DNA from: a virus
Lineage: Duplodnaviria; Caudoviricetes
IMG/VR virus record: IMGVR_UViG_3300036985_002412
Span: 1 to 59,039 of that record
Strand: one strand, 5' to 3'
DNA length: 59,039 nt
Of the stretch, positions 8,515-19,146 are shown piece by piece. A model generated the notes under the pieces. It was not told the DNA's origin and did not search any database. It was given only the letters and a program-made list of their open reading frames with translations. Numbering within the stretch: position 1 is the stretch's first letter; every line of letters starts with the position of its first letter. Made by a program: the position numbers and the translations under genes.

Positions 8515-9636
8515 ATGAAAGTAGTAAAAGTTAGAAGTCCGTTTATAATTGAAGTAAATGAGGCGGGTGCAATAGGAAGCAAAGTTGAATTATTTATTTA
8601 TCCTTACGGAAGTTCAGTTCCTGCAACTCCAACCTATACACTATCGAAATTAAACCCAAGTACAACACAATTAAACACGTCTTATAATGTTTCTAATTAT
8701 GTTAAAGAATACATAGATAATATTAAAGCAACCTACGTTCCATTTTATGGCGAACTTGAGCAGAATAACGAATGGGTAAAATTTCAAGTTAAAAGATATA
8801 AATTAGTAGGAAGTACTTATACAGAATTAGGTACTGCGACTGAATATATTGGTGTTAATGGATTTACAGATTACACAAGTGGAAATCAAGAGCCAAGCGA
8901 AGTAAAAATACTATTATTATCAAATCCAAATATCAATAATTATTATTATAAAACACCCACCTATCCAAATACATTAACGCAATATTTTAATTTGTTAGTT
9001 GATAAGCCAACGGCTACTACTACTATAATCGATGTAAAATATGAAAGGATTGATGGTTCAATTTACGAATATACAAATAATATTGCGGTTGGTTTTGGTG
9101 GTATATTTAATATTGCTCAACCTATTACACCTGTAAAAGCAAATGGTAATTTTGTTAACGGTTGTAAGGTTACAATATCTTATACTCCTGCGGTTGGAGA
9201 CACTATATTTTTACCTTCATTTTATACATATCCAATTGAAGAATGTAAATACACTCCAGTACTTTGTGATTTTGTAAATAGATACGGAGGTTGGCAAACA
9301 ATTACTTTTTTCAAGGCTCAGACGAATGCTGTAAGCGTAAAAGGTTCAGAATATAATTTACTTCCTGATGCAATTGATTATAATATATATAAAGGGCAAA
9401 GCAAAGTTTTTAATATAAACGGAACACAAACTGTTAAATTAAATACGGGTTGGGTAGATGAAAATTACAATGAGTTAATAACTGATTTGTTATTAAGTGA
9501 AACTGTATTATTGGATCAAAAACCAGTAAAAGTTAAAACGCAATCTTTGACTTACAAGACACAATTAAAAGATAAAATGATAAACTTTGAAATTGATTTT
9601 GAATACGCTTTCGACTTAATAAATAACGTTATATGA
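8515..9636 (+). CDS. virion structural (tail) protein
   Basis: FVNRYGGWQ..F and KLNTGWV motifs; position. Confidence 0.55.
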   Translation: MKVVKVRSPFIIEVNEAGAIGSKVELFIYPYGSSVPATPTYTLSKLNPSTTQLNTSYNVSNYVKEYIDNIKATYVPFYGELEQNNEWVKFQVKRYKLVGSTYTELGTATEYIGVNGFTDYTSGNQEPSEVKILLLSNPNINNYYYKTPTYPNTLTQYFNLLVDKPTATTTIIDVKYERIDGSIYEYTNNIAVGFGGIFNIAQPITPVKANGNFVNGCKVTISYTPAVGDTIFLPSFYTYPIEECKYTPVLCDFVNRYGGWQTITFFKAQTNAVSVKGSEYNLLPDAIDYNIYKGQSKVFNINGTQTVKLNTGWVDENYNELITDLLLSETVLLDQKPVKVKTQSLTYKTQLKDKMINFEIDFEYAFDLINNVI

Positions 9637-11651
9637 TAACAGTTGGAATATATATAAAAAACTCTTATACCTTAGAATTTGATAGGGTTGAGTTATTTGC
9701 TGACGAAAAAATAAGCGTAACGAGTTCAATTCAAAATATAAATAATATTGGAGCGACTTATTCGGATTTTTCTCAGACGTTTACAGTTCCGGCTACTAAA
9801 AATAATAATAAGATTTTCAAACATTGGTACGAAAATTCTTTAGACACACAATTTAGTACATTAATAAAAGCTGATGCATATATTGAATTGGATACAATAC
9901 CATTTAGAATAGGTAAAATTCAATTAGAAAGCTGCGATATTAAAAATGGACAGCCACAAAGCTACTCAATTACTTTTATTGGCAATTTAGGAAACTTAAA
10001 AGACAATTTTGCAGGTAAATTTTTAAGGGATTTAAATACTACAGATTATGATTTTTCACATAATGGAACTGTTGTAAAAGATAAAGTAGTTACAACTACA
10101 ACAAGTGCTGATGTAATGTTTCCGTTAATTTCATCAGATAGGTATTGGAATTATGAAAGTGCATTAGATCCAAGTAATAACATAAGTAATACACTTTATG
10201 CAATTAGATTTAATGAATTATTTCCCGCAATAAGATTACAATCAATTTTTAATATGATTGAAAATGATTTTAATGTTAATTTACAAGGAACTACTGAAAA
10301 TCCAAGTACTTTTTTAACAGATGCAAGGTTTATAAATGCTTATTTATATTTAAAAAATGCAGAAACATTTAAGATTAAAAGTGAATTAAATCAAATAAAC
10401 TTTAATACTTCAACTAATTTTCCAATTAACGGATGGTCATTTTCTTTAGGAAGTGACGCTTTAACTTATGCTATACCTGGAACATTTAGAGCGTCAGAAG
10501 TTTCATTATCAGTAACAACAACAACAACAAATGTTAATTATAGTATTATAGTTTATAAAGATGGTATTTTATATAATACTGTTCCCTGTTCAAACATTTC
10601 AATTTTAACTAACACCTTTGATTTAATTAGTTATACAACTAACATACCAAGCAATGCTGGTCAGTTTAAATTTTATATTGTATCAGAAAATACATTAGTC
10701 TTTACTTCTGAATTAACTGTTTCTGTTACGGCTGTAGGTGATGCCTTTGCTACTCAATCAACAGCACAAACAACTTCTGCTGAATTATATATAAAAAATT
10801 ATTTTCCTGAAATTAAAATTGAGGACTTTTTTAGTGGTGTTTTAAAAATGTTCAATCTTACTTGTTATTCAACTGACGGAATAAATTATACGATAGACAC
10901 AATAGAAAACTATTATGCTACTGGTAATATTATTGATTTGACAAAATATGTCAAGACAGATTCAATCAATTTAACAAGGGTAAAAACTTATAAAAAAATT
11001 AACTTTTTATACGAGAAATCTGAGTCATTAGTTAACGTAGGTTTCAACTCAAATAATGGAATTGAATACGGCTCTCTTTATTATGAAAATATACCTAAAA
11101 CAGATGGCGAGGAATATTCAATAAAGCTACCTTTTGAGGATTTAAATTTTAACAATTTAAAAGACAAATTACAAGTTGGTTATTGCTTAAAAACTGATTT
11201 ACAAAAGTATATACCTAAGCCGATTATTTTATACGATTATAACCCGACAGGTTTAACAAGTTTGACAGCTACTGATTTTTGGTTTAATACATTTTTAACA
11301 GGTGGAACTTCAACTCAACATACAAGTTATAAAGCATTCGGTCAAGAATTATTAACTGGTGGGATTACTTATTCATTGAATTTTCCTGAGCAACAAAGTA
11401 CATTGACAAATGAAGTTGTAGTAAATAGTTTATATCAAACTTATTACTCAAATTATATAAGTAATATTTTTAATTATAGAGCACGATTAATCAAAGTTAG
11501 TGCTATACTACCTATTTCGGTTTTAACGTCTTTAAAACTCAACAACAGAGTTATAATAAGAGATAAAAGATATATTATAAATTCATTCACAACTGATTTA
11601 ACAACAGGCGAGGCTTCATTTGAATTATTAACCGATTTACGAACATTATGA
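9633..11651 (+). CDS. tail tip/hub-like structural protein
   Basis: 672 aa, SDFSQTFTVPAT N-terminus; position. Confidence 0.55.
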   Translation: MITVGIYIKNSYTLEFDRVELFADEKISVTSSIQNINNIGATYSDFSQTFTVPATKNNNKIFKHWYENSLDTQFSTLIKADAYIELDTIPFRIGKIQLESCDIKNGQPQSYSITFIGNLGNLKDNFAGKFLRDLNTTDYDFSHNGTVVKDKVVTTTTSADVMFPLISSDRYWNYESALDPSNNISNTLYAIRFNELFPAIRLQSIFNMIENDFNVNLQGTTENPSTFLTDARFINAYLYLKNAETFKIKSELNQINFNTSTNFPINGWSFSLGSDALTYAIPGTFRASEVSLSVTTTTTNVNYSIIVYKDGILYNTVPCSNISILTNTFDLISYTTNIPSNAGQFKFYIVSENTLVFTSELTVSVTAVGDAFATQSTAQTTSAELYIKNYFPEIKIEDFFSGVLKMFNLTCYSTDGINYTIDTIENYYATGNIIDLTKYVKTDSINLTRVKTYKKINFLYEKSESLVNVGFNSNNGIEYGSLYYENIPKTDGEEYSIKLPFEDLNFNNLKDKLQVGYCLKTDLQKYIPKPIILYDYNPTGLTSLTATDFWFNTFLTGGTSTQHTSYKAFGQELLTGGITYSLNFPEQQSTLTNEVVVNSLYQTYYSNYISNIFNYRARLIKVSAILPISVLTSLKLNNRVIIRDKRYIINSFTTDLTTGEASFELLTDLRTL

Positions 11652-11775
11652 TAAACAACATTTTAGAAATGCTGAAGCTTGCGGAGCACTTTGATAGCAA
11701 TGAAATTATTGCAACCGCAAAAGGGAAATACGAACTACCAAAAACTTATAAAGAAATATTTAAAAAAGCGTTAAA

Positions 11776-13677
11776 ATGGCAATTGAAAAAGTAATTGATA
11801 TACAAATACAAAGTAATTCTGAGCAAGCGGTAGGAAGTTTAAGAACGCAATTAAAAAACGCTCAAGCCGATGTCGCTGCATTATCCGATAAGTTCGGAGC
11901 GACTTCAATCGAAGCAATTAATGCAGCAAAAAGAGCGGGGGAACTTAAAGATAGGATTGGAGATGCCAAAGGATTAACCGATGCCTTTAATCCCGATGCT
12001 AAATTCAAGGCTTTGTCGAGTTCACTCTCGGGAGTTGCTGGAGGTTTTGCAGCGGTACAGGGTGGAATGGCTTTATTTGGAGCACAATCGGAAGACGTTG
12101 AAAAAACTTTGTTAAAAGTTCAGTCTGCGATGGCACTCTCTCAAGGACTTCAACAAATTGGCGAAAGTGTAGATAGTTTCAAACAACTTGGAGCGGTTAT
12201 TAAATCGCTTAACGTTGTTCAATTAGCGAACAACTTTATTCAAACGGGTTCCATTACATTAAAAAGAGAAGATGTAGCCGCAACCACAGCACAAGCAACC
12301 GCAACAGTATCAGCCACCGCAGCAACAAGCGGAGCAACTACGGGAATGAAGTTGTTAAGATTGGCAATTATAGGAACAGGAATAGGTGCAATCGTTGTCG
12401 GTTTGAGTTTACTTATAGCAAATTTCGACAAAGTTAAGGAAACTATAATGAAAGTTATCCCTGGACTTTCATCAGTTGGTAAAGTAATTGGAGGGATTGT
12501 AAATTCAATTACTGATTTCGTAGGTGCAACCTCAGACGCTTCGAGAGCACTCGATAAACTTAAAGAAAATGCGGATAAAACTTTGTCCGTAAATAAAAAG
12601 TTTATGCAGGAACACGGAGACCAAGTTGACCAATATACAAAAAAGAAAATTGATGCGAAAAACGCCTATGCCGAAGCGGTAAAAGAGGAAGGTGCGAATG
12701 AGGCAGAATTAGCAAAAAAATTAAATAGAGAATTAGCTGCAATTGAATATTCGAGAGGAGACGAAAAAAGAAAAATTCAAAAAGATGCAAGCGATAAGGC
12801 TGCGGAGGATAGAAAATCTCAAAATGAAAAATTAAAAAATGAGCGTGAGGATGAGGCTAAAAAATTAAAAGAGGAAAAAGACAAAGCCGTAATTTCAGAA
12901 GCCGAAGCATTTAGAAACCAATTAGAGGCGGTGCAAAAAGTTGAGGCGGATGCTAAAAAAGCGAATGCAGATGCCTTATTGACTGAGCAAGAATTAGCGA
13001 TACAAACTGAAAACGAAGCTTACGAAATTAAAAAAGCAAATGCGATAAAATTTGGAGAGGAAACAACAGAGATTGAGAGGCAACATTTAAACACTTTAAA
13101 TGATATAAATTTAACAGCTCAGCAAAAACAATACGCAACAGATAAGGCAAACACAGAGGCGAAAATAAAACTTTCAGAAGCTGAGGCAGATGCTAAAAAA
13201 GCACTACTTCAAAAAACCTCCGAAGTATTAAATAAAGGAGCTGATTTACTTGGTAAGAATACCGCAGCAGGTAAAGCGATGGCAGCGGCAGCCGCTTTAA
13301 TTAATACTTATCAAGGTATTACAGCGGAACTTGCAACTAAAACAGTTACACCTTTTGAGATAGGTTTAAAAATTGCCAACGTTGCTATTATTGCAGCTAC
13401 AGGATTTAAAGCGGTTAAAAATATTTTAGCCGTAAAAGTGCCAGGTGGTGGTGGTGGTGGTGGTGGAAGTGTTCCCGATGGAGCTTCCGCCGCAGGTGGT
13501 GGAGCTTCAACTCCTCCATCTTTTAATGTAGTTGGAGCATCTGGAACGAATCAACTCGCTCAATCTATTGGGGCACAGCAACAGCAACCGATACAGGCTT
13601 ACGTAGTTGCAAATAATGTGACAACGGCTCAGAGCTTACAACGTAACATAATCGAGAGTGCCACAATAGGAGGTTAA
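11776..13677 (+). CDS. tail tape measure protein
   Basis: Ala/Gly-rich, coiled-coil, with hydrophobic segments; 633 aa. Confidence 0.8.
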   Translation: MAIEKVIDIQIQSNSEQAVGSLRTQLKNAQADVAALSDKFGATSIEAINAAKRAGELKDRIGDAKGLTDAFNPDAKFKALSSSLSGVAGGFAAVQGGMALFGAQSEDVEKTLLKVQSAMALSQGLQQIGESVDSFKQLGAVIKSLNVVQLANNFIQTGSITLKREDVAATTAQATATVSATAATSGATTGMKLLRLAIIGTGIGAIVVGLSLLIANFDKVKETIMKVIPGLSSVGKVIGGIVNSITDFVGATSDASRALDKLKENADKTLSVNKKFMQEHGDQVDQYTKKKIDAKNAYAEAVKEEGANEAELAKKLNRELAAIEYSRGDEKRKIQKDASDKAAEDRKSQNEKLKNEREDEAKKLKEEKDKAVISEAEAFRNQLEAVQKVEADAKKANADALLTEQELAIQTENEAYEIKKANAIKFGEETTEIERQHLNTLNDINLTAQQKQYATDKANTEAKIKLSEAEADAKKALLQKTSEVLNKGADLLGKNTAAGKAMAAAAALINTYQGITAELATKTVTPFEIGLKIANVAIIAATGFKAVKNILAVKVPGGGGGGGGSVPDGASAAGGGASTPPSFNVVGASGTNQLAQSIGAQQQQPIQAYVVANNVTTAQSLQRNIIESATIGG

Positions 13678-13770
13678 AAATTCAATCTACAGGTTTAAAA
13701 TTTATTTATTTTTTAAATCTGTAGGCTTGTTTTGTATCATTAAATTAAAATTTAATGTAAAAAGTTTATA

Positions 13771-13802
13771 ACAAAATTAATTAATATCGTTATACATATA
13801 TG
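13771..13802 (+). promoter_or_regulatory. putative late promoter ACAAAA-N11-CGTT-N8-ATG
   Basis: Precedes the protease/capsid operon. Confidence 0.65.
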
Positions 13803-14885
13803 GAAACATACAATGTTATTTTTAACGAAGGCGAAAACGAGGGTGTATATGCTATCTCGTTGGTTTCTGATCCTGCAATCGGAGTGCAATTTTTAGCTTT
13901 GGCAAAACAAACCGAATTAAAACTTGCAACCGTAAACGAAGAGCAAAGAATTTTAGTTGGTCCGATATTAATTCCTGAGCAACTTATATATAGAAATCAA
14001 GACGGACACGAATTTAATATAAAATTTACATCCGAAACAATTAAGCAAGTTCACAGAAATTTTGTAACGCAGGGTTACCAAAATAACTCAACAATTGAAC
14101 ATTCGGGTAAGCAAATCGAAGACGTTATATTTATTGAAACGTGGATAAAAGAGGATGAGGTTCACGACAAATCAGTACTATATGGTTTTAGTGAGCAAGT
14201 GGGTACAATGTTTGGTTTAATGAAAGTTAATAACGACGAAATTTGGAATGATTACGTTAAAACAGGAAAGGTTAAAGGCTTCAGTATTGATGGAGTTTTT
14301 GATATGGAGAAAGTAAATTTAAAAAGTGAGTATATGAATGTAGAATCAATTGTAAATGCAATCAAAGATGGTTTTGCTTCGGTAAAATTATCTGAGGAAG
14401 TTGCAATCGAGGAAATTGCTATCGCAATGGAAACGATTAAATTAAAAGACGGTATTACCGTTTTGGAAGCTGAGGCTTTTGAAGCTGGTAAACCTGTTTT
14501 TATTGTAAACGAAAACGGAGACAAAGAGCCTGCACCAATCGGAGACCACGAATTGGAAGACGGTAGACTTTTAGTAATCGTTGAGGAAGGTGTTATTGCT
14601 GAAATTAAAGAGGCAATAATGGAAGAGGAAGCTCCAGAGGTTGAGACAAAGGAAGCTGTTGAAATGTCAAACGAGGAACTTGTTAAATCAATTGTGACTT
14701 CTATGAGTATCGAAGTGGCAAAACAAATCGAATCAATTAGAACAGAATTATCTGCTCAAATTGCTGAGGTTAAAACTACTCAAGTTGAGGTGAAAGCTTC
14801 AACAAAAGCAAAACCAGAAGTTAAAAACGATAAACCGTTAACAAACTTCGAAAAATTTAGAAATTTTAATAAACAATTTAATTAA
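13800..14885 (+). CDS. XkdF-like prohead protease fused to acidic scaffold
   Basis: AISLVSDPAI, GPILIP, TIEH and VKGFSIDG motifs; acidic C-terminal half. Confidence 0.8.
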   Translation: METYNVIFNEGENEGVYAISLVSDPAIGVQFLALAKQTELKLATVNEEQRILVGPILIPEQLIYRNQDGHEFNIKFTSETIKQVHRNFVTQGYQNNSTIEHSGKQIEDVIFIETWIKEDEVHDKSVLYGFSEQVGTMFGLMKVNNDEIWNDYVKTGKVKGFSIDGVFDMEKVNLKSEYMNVESIVNAIKDGFASVKLSEEVAIEEIAIAMETIKLKDGITVLEAEAFEAGKPVFIVNENGDKEPAPIGDHELEDGRLLVIVEEGVIAEIKEAIMEEEAPEVETKEAVEMSNEELVKSIVTSMSIEVAKQIESIRTELSAQIAEVKTTQVEVKASTKAKPEVKNDKPLTNFEKFRNFNKQFN

Positions 14886-14891
14886 ACAAAA

Positions 14892-15893
14892 ATGGCAGTA
14901 ACTTACACAGGGGCACAAATCCCAACAGATTTTAAAGCGGAAATTATCGCTGAAATCCTTTTCAAAAATAAAACAGTTGAAGATGGATTAGTTTCTTTTG
15001 AAACAGGAATAAAAGCAGGTAGAGTAATTACCGAAAATATTAACTCGGTAACTATGCAAGCGTGGAGTGTTAATCCAACAGGTTCAGAAGCTGGAGCAAT
15101 TGGATTAGAAGATACAGTAGTAACTCCTGTAAAAGTTGAATTTATTGATAAATTTACACCAGACGATTTGCGTTCAACTCGTTTTAATCGTGATATGCCA
15201 GCAGGGGCAATCAATGATGTTTCTGATGAATTTAACAGATTAGTTTTAAATGGAGTTGCTCCGCTTATTTCTAATGATGCTGAAAACAAATATTGGAACG
15301 GTGCTACTTCTGCTACAAAAACAGCTGTTGCAGCTTTAACAGCAGGAACAGGTCAAACTTCAGTTGGAGCAGCTGAAAAAACTTTAGTTGCAGCTATGCC
15401 AACTACATTATTTGACTCTTTGACTACAAGAATTATTTATAATAAAGCAGCTGTAGGTAAAAGAATAAAAGTAGCAGGAACTACTTTAGACGTAAGTAAC
15501 ATTGCAACTGAAATGGGTAAAGTGTATAATGCTATTCCTGATGAAGTTTTAGCAAGTGAGACAAAACCTTTTATTTATGCACCAAGAAATGTTAAAAAAT
15601 TAATTAACAATTTTAATCTTGCACAAACTTATAGAGATACTTTTACAGTTGATTTAGCAACAGGTAAATATTTCTATTTAGATATTGAAATCGTTTTTGT
15701 TCCATTTGCTTCAAATGTATTATTAGCAGGTGTACCTTCTAACTTTATGTGGTGTACTGATTTAATGGATGACTATTCAAACATTAATATTGCTCCTTAT
15801 CCAGCACCGAGAAAAGATTACTTCTATGATGTAATTTTTACAATCTTTGCTCACGTTGTAAATCAAAAATTCAACGTTCTTTACGTAGGATAA
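14892..15893 (+). CDS. major capsid protein
   Basis: 333 aa directly after the protease/scaffold and followed by a terminator. Confidence 0.75.
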   Translation: MAVTYTGAQIPTDFKAEIIAEILFKNKTVEDGLVSFETGIKAGRVITENINSVTMQAWSVNPTGSEAGAIGLEDTVVTPVKVEFIDKFTPDDLRSTRFNRDMPAGAINDVSDEFNRLVLNGVAPLISNDAENKYWNGATSATKTAVAALTAGTGQTSVGAAEKTLVAAMPTTLFDSLTTRIIYNKAAVGKRIKVAGTTLDVSNIATEMGKVYNAIPDEVLASETKPFIYAPRNVKKLINNFNLAQTYRDTFTVDLATGKYFYLDIEIVFVPFASNVLLAGVPSNFMWCTDLMDDYSNINIAPYPAPRKDYFYDVIFTIFAHVVNQKFNVLYVG

Positions 15894-15903
15894 TTAATAA
15901 TTT

Positions 15904-15930
15904 AACCGCTCATTAATTTGGGCGGTTTTT
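15904..15930 (+). terminator. intrinsic terminator
   Basis: AACCGCTCA-TTAATT-TGGGCGGTTTTT. Confidence 0.75.
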
Positions 15931-15946
15931 AATACAAAAAAAACAA

Positions 15947-16471
15947 ATGAGTTGTTTAATAAGCAAAGGAAAACTTTTAGGTTGTAAAGACCAAAGAGGA
16001 GGGTACAAAAATTTGTACTTTGCCAATTATGCAGACTACGCTTTCGTAGTTGCTGCACACCAAGTGACGAGCTTAGGCACGTTAGCTGAAGTGTTTAAAT
16101 ATGAAGTTAAAGCGACTACAAATGCTTTAACCGAAACGGGTACAAGTTCAGAGGATAATGGAACGTTTTTAAACGCTCAATCGGTTGCGGTTACGCTTCC
16201 AAAATTAGCCGCTGACTTACAGGCTCAAGTACAATTGATTTGTGCTTCAAGACCTTACGTTTTTGTAGAGGACTATAATGGTAACATTTTACTTTTAGGA
16301 GCTACAAACGGAACTATGTCAAGCTGTACAAAAGTAACCGGAGGAGCTGGTGGAGATTTAACAGGTTACACTTTGGCTATAACAGCGGAGGAAGGTAATT
16401 TATCTCCATTTTTAGATGCTACAACTAAAACCGCTTTATTCGCTTTAGTTAGTGATGTGGTAGTTTCTTAA
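15947..16471 (+). CDS. major tail (tube) protein
   Basis: CKDQRGG, VEDYNG, GDLTGYTL motifs; 174 aa. Confidence 0.65.
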   Translation: MSCLISKGKLLGCKDQRGGYKNLYFANYADYAFVVAAHQVTSLGTLAEVFKYEVKATTNALTETGTSSEDNGTFLNAQSVAVTLPKLAADLQAQVQLICASRPYVFVEDYNGNILLLGATNGTMSSCTKVTGGAGGDLTGYTLAITAEEGNLSPFLDATTKTALFALVSDVVVS

Positions 16472-16491
16472 CTTTTTGCATAAAAATTGAT

Positions 16492-16519
16492 AAAAAAGCT
16501 CCTTAATGGAGCTTTTTTT
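16492..16519 (+). terminator. intrinsic terminator
   Basis: AAAAAAGCTCC-TTAAT-GGAGCTTTTTTT. Confidence 0.8.
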
Positions 16520-16522
16520 GTT

Positions 16523-16554
16523 ACAAAAAACTATTTATTCGTTATATATATATG
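16523..16554 (+). promoter_or_regulatory. putative late promoter ACAAAA-N11-CGTT-N8-ATG
   Basis: Precedes the portal operon. Confidence 0.65.
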
Positions 16555-16860
16555 TGGATATTTAATTTAACAGCACCGTACCAATTCAAATGCATTCCGA
16601 GAGGATATAATAGTGGCATAATCACGTTTTTTTTACGTGACGAGCTTAAAGATATCACTCACGAAATCGAGGTAACGGGTGTTTATTATCAAAATGGTAT
16701 TTTAATTTTAATTTTTGACGATTATATAATGAAGGAAGGGCAATCTTTTGAAATTGTAATCAACGAAAATGACGAATTAATATATAGAGGCAAGGCTTTT
16801 GCTACCGCTCAGACTGACTTAGAAAATTTTGAACTTAATAATGGAGTTCTAAAAGTATAA
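16552..16860 (+). CDS. hypothetical structural protein
   Basis: 102-aa ORF before the portal. Confidence 0.65.
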   Translation: MWIFNLTAPYQFKCIPRGYNSGIITFFLRDELKDITHEIEVTGVYYQNGILILIFDDYIMKEGQSFEIVINENDELIYRGKAFATAQTDLENFELNNGVLKV

Positions 16861-16864
16861 TTTT

Positions 16865-18571
16865 ATGGGAAAATTACAAATAATAAATTTATCGAACTAT
16901 ATAAGACCAGAAATCAAAGAGGTATCTGGTAAAAAATGGGTATTGAATGGTAAAAATAACGAATTTTATCAAACTATTATCGATGCTTATAATGGATCAC
17001 CTACTAACTCAGCGATAATTGACTCTTATAGTCAGTTTATTTATGGTAAGGGTTTAACTTCAAAAGACAGAAATACAAAACCATCGGAATGGGCTGCAAT
17101 AATTTCCTTAGTTTCTAAAAAAGATTTGAGAAAAATTTGTAAGGATTTCGAAATGTTTGGCGAAGCTGCAATTGAGGTTAAATATTTAAAAAATAAAGTA
17201 CAAAAATGTTTCCATATTGCTAAACAAAAAGTTGCTCCAGAGGTTGCAAATGAGGATGGCGATATTACAGGATATTATTATAGTTACGATTTTTCAAATG
17301 TAAATAAATACAAGCCAGAGCGTTTTGATGCTTTTGGATTTGGAGAAGGAATACAGGAACGCTCCGAAATTTATATAATTAAAGATTATCAGGTCGGGCA
17401 ATTTTATTATAGCAATCCTTCTTACGTTGCTGGTATTAGTTGGGCGAAAATGGAGGAGGAAATTAGTAACTACTCTATAAATCATATACAAAAGGGGTTG
17501 TCTTTCGGTCATATTATAAATATGAATAGCGGTATTCAACAAAGTGCCGAAACAATCCAAGAGAACACGAGACAAATTAGAAATCATTTGACAGGTTCAC
17601 AAAATGCGGGTGCATTCTTTTTAAATTGGAACGATAACAAAGATAGCGAAATTACAATTTCGGCTTTGGAAGTTTCAAACGCTCACGAGCAATATGCTTA
17701 TTTGAGTGCTGAGGCTAAAAATCAATTATGTACCTCTCATAAACTTACAACTCCGATGTTAGTAGGTGTAAAAGATGCAGCGGGTTTTAGTTCAAACGCT
17801 GACGAAATAAAAGTAGGATTTGAGGAGTTAATGATAAACGTTATTAAACCAAAACAGGAAATAATTTTGGATGGTTTAATGGAAATATTTGCAGTTAATG
17901 CTATCGGTTTGAATTTACAATTTGAAAGCTTAAGAAGCGAAGAGCCTTTGGCAATTGTTGCTCCATTAGTTCCACAAACTACGCAATTGAATACTCAAGA
18001 ATACGGAGAGGAAATAGATTTGAACGAATGGGAATTAATAAGCTCCGAGCCTGTAGATTACGACAAGGAAGAGGAATTAGATGCAGAGATTAAGCGTTTA
18101 AATAATGTTAGTACTAATTTAATGCGAGTAGCTTTGGAGTCTGTAAGTACGGGAACTGCAAGACCAAACGCATCAAGTGAGCAAGACGGAGTACTTTTTA
18201 AAAGTCGTTATAGATACGGAGGAAATGCATCTCCAGAGCGTGATTTTTGTAAAAAAATGATGGGTGCAAATAAATTGTATCGTAAAGAGGATATTCAAAT
18301 GATGAGTCAAAAGAATGTAAATCCTGGTTTTGGAATGAGTCCAAATCCAAATCAACCTTATGATATATTTTTATGGAAGGGCGGAGGTTTATTATCTGAC
18401 AACTTTAATTTTGGAACTTGTAAGCATTTTTGGATGAGAGAAACTTATCGTAAAAAAGCCGATGTAAATAATCCAAATGCTGAAATTATAACTCCAGCGA
18501 AAGCTCGTAAAGATGGAGAGATTTTACCAACAAATAACCCAAAGGTGTACATTGCACCACACGATATGTAA
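16865..18571 (+). CDS. portal protein with C-terminal extension
   Basis: SPTNSAII, LTGSQNAG, H..T.PMLVG, VIKPKQ; C-terminal RDFC...KGG...CKHFW domain. Confidence 0.75.
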   Translation: MGKLQIINLSNYIRPEIKEVSGKKWVLNGKNNEFYQTIIDAYNGSPTNSAIIDSYSQFIYGKGLTSKDRNTKPSEWAAIISLVSKKDLRKICKDFEMFGEAAIEVKYLKNKVQKCFHIAKQKVAPEVANEDGDITGYYYSYDFSNVNKYKPERFDAFGFGEGIQERSEIYIIKDYQVGQFYYSNPSYVAGISWAKMEEEISNYSINHIQKGLSFGHIINMNSGIQQSAETIQENTRQIRNHLTGSQNAGAFFLNWNDNKDSEITISALEVSNAHEQYAYLSAEAKNQLCTSHKLTTPMLVGVKDAAGFSSNADEIKVGFEELMINVIKPKQEIILDGLMEIFAVNAIGLNLQFESLRSEEPLAIVAPLVPQTTQLNTQEYGEEIDLNEWELISSEPVDYDKEEELDAEIKRLNNVSTNLMRVALESVSTGTARPNASSEQDGVLFKSRYRYGGNASPERDFCKKMMGANKLYRKEDIQMMSQKNVNPGFGMSPNPNQPYDIFLWKGGGLLSDNFNFGTCKHFWMRETYRKKADVNNPNAEIITPAKARKDGEILPTNNPKVYIAPHDM

Positions 18572-18574
18572 ATT

Positions 18575-19084
18575 ATGGCAACGACTATACTTTTAAAAGA
18601 AAACGAATTAACTAAAAATACCCTTTTGGGTGGGAATATCGATATTGATTTATATATCCCTTGTATTGCAGACGCTCAGAGAATTAGACTTGAGGAAATA
18701 TTAGGGGATACGTTATACAATAAGATTTGCGAGGATTTTGAAAACGATGACTTAGTAGGTGATTATTTAACATTGTACGAAGGGTATATAGTACCGTTTT
18801 TAATTGCAGCCGCTGCGGTTGAGTATCTATTAATCGGAGCGTATAAAGTAAATAATAATGGTATATTTAAAACGCAACCAGAGAACTCGGTTTCCGTTGA
18901 TAAAACAGAGGTAGATTACTTGGTTAATAATATGCGTTTAAAGTCTGAAATGTACAGAGATAGAATGTTTAGATGGTTATATCAAAATCATTTGCCGGAG
19001 TATGTAAGTAGCTCTACAAATATCGTTAATCCGATGCGTTCCAATTTAATTTGTGGTAAATGGTGGCTCGATAAACCATATTAA
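18575..19084 (+). CDS. putative head-tail adaptor
   Basis: I..AQ...LG..LY motif; follows the portal. Confidence 0.55.
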   Translation: MATTILLKENELTKNTLLGGNIDIDLYIPCIADAQRIRLEEILGDTLYNKICEDFENDDLVGDYLTLYEGYIVPFLIAAAAVEYLLIGAYKVNNNGIFKTQPENSVSVDKTEVDYLVNNMRLKSEMYRDRMFRWLYQNHLPEYVSSSTNIVNPMRSNLICGKWWLDKPY

Positions 19085-19146
19085 AAATATGAGAAAAACA
19101 GACAAACGAACAGAGGAAAATATTTTAAAATTAAAAAAATTTGTAA

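Noticed and set aside
13444-13467. (GGT)n run in the tape measure gene as a contingency locus
   Set aside because: In-frame triplet repeat encoding a poly-Gly linker; length change would not switch expression.
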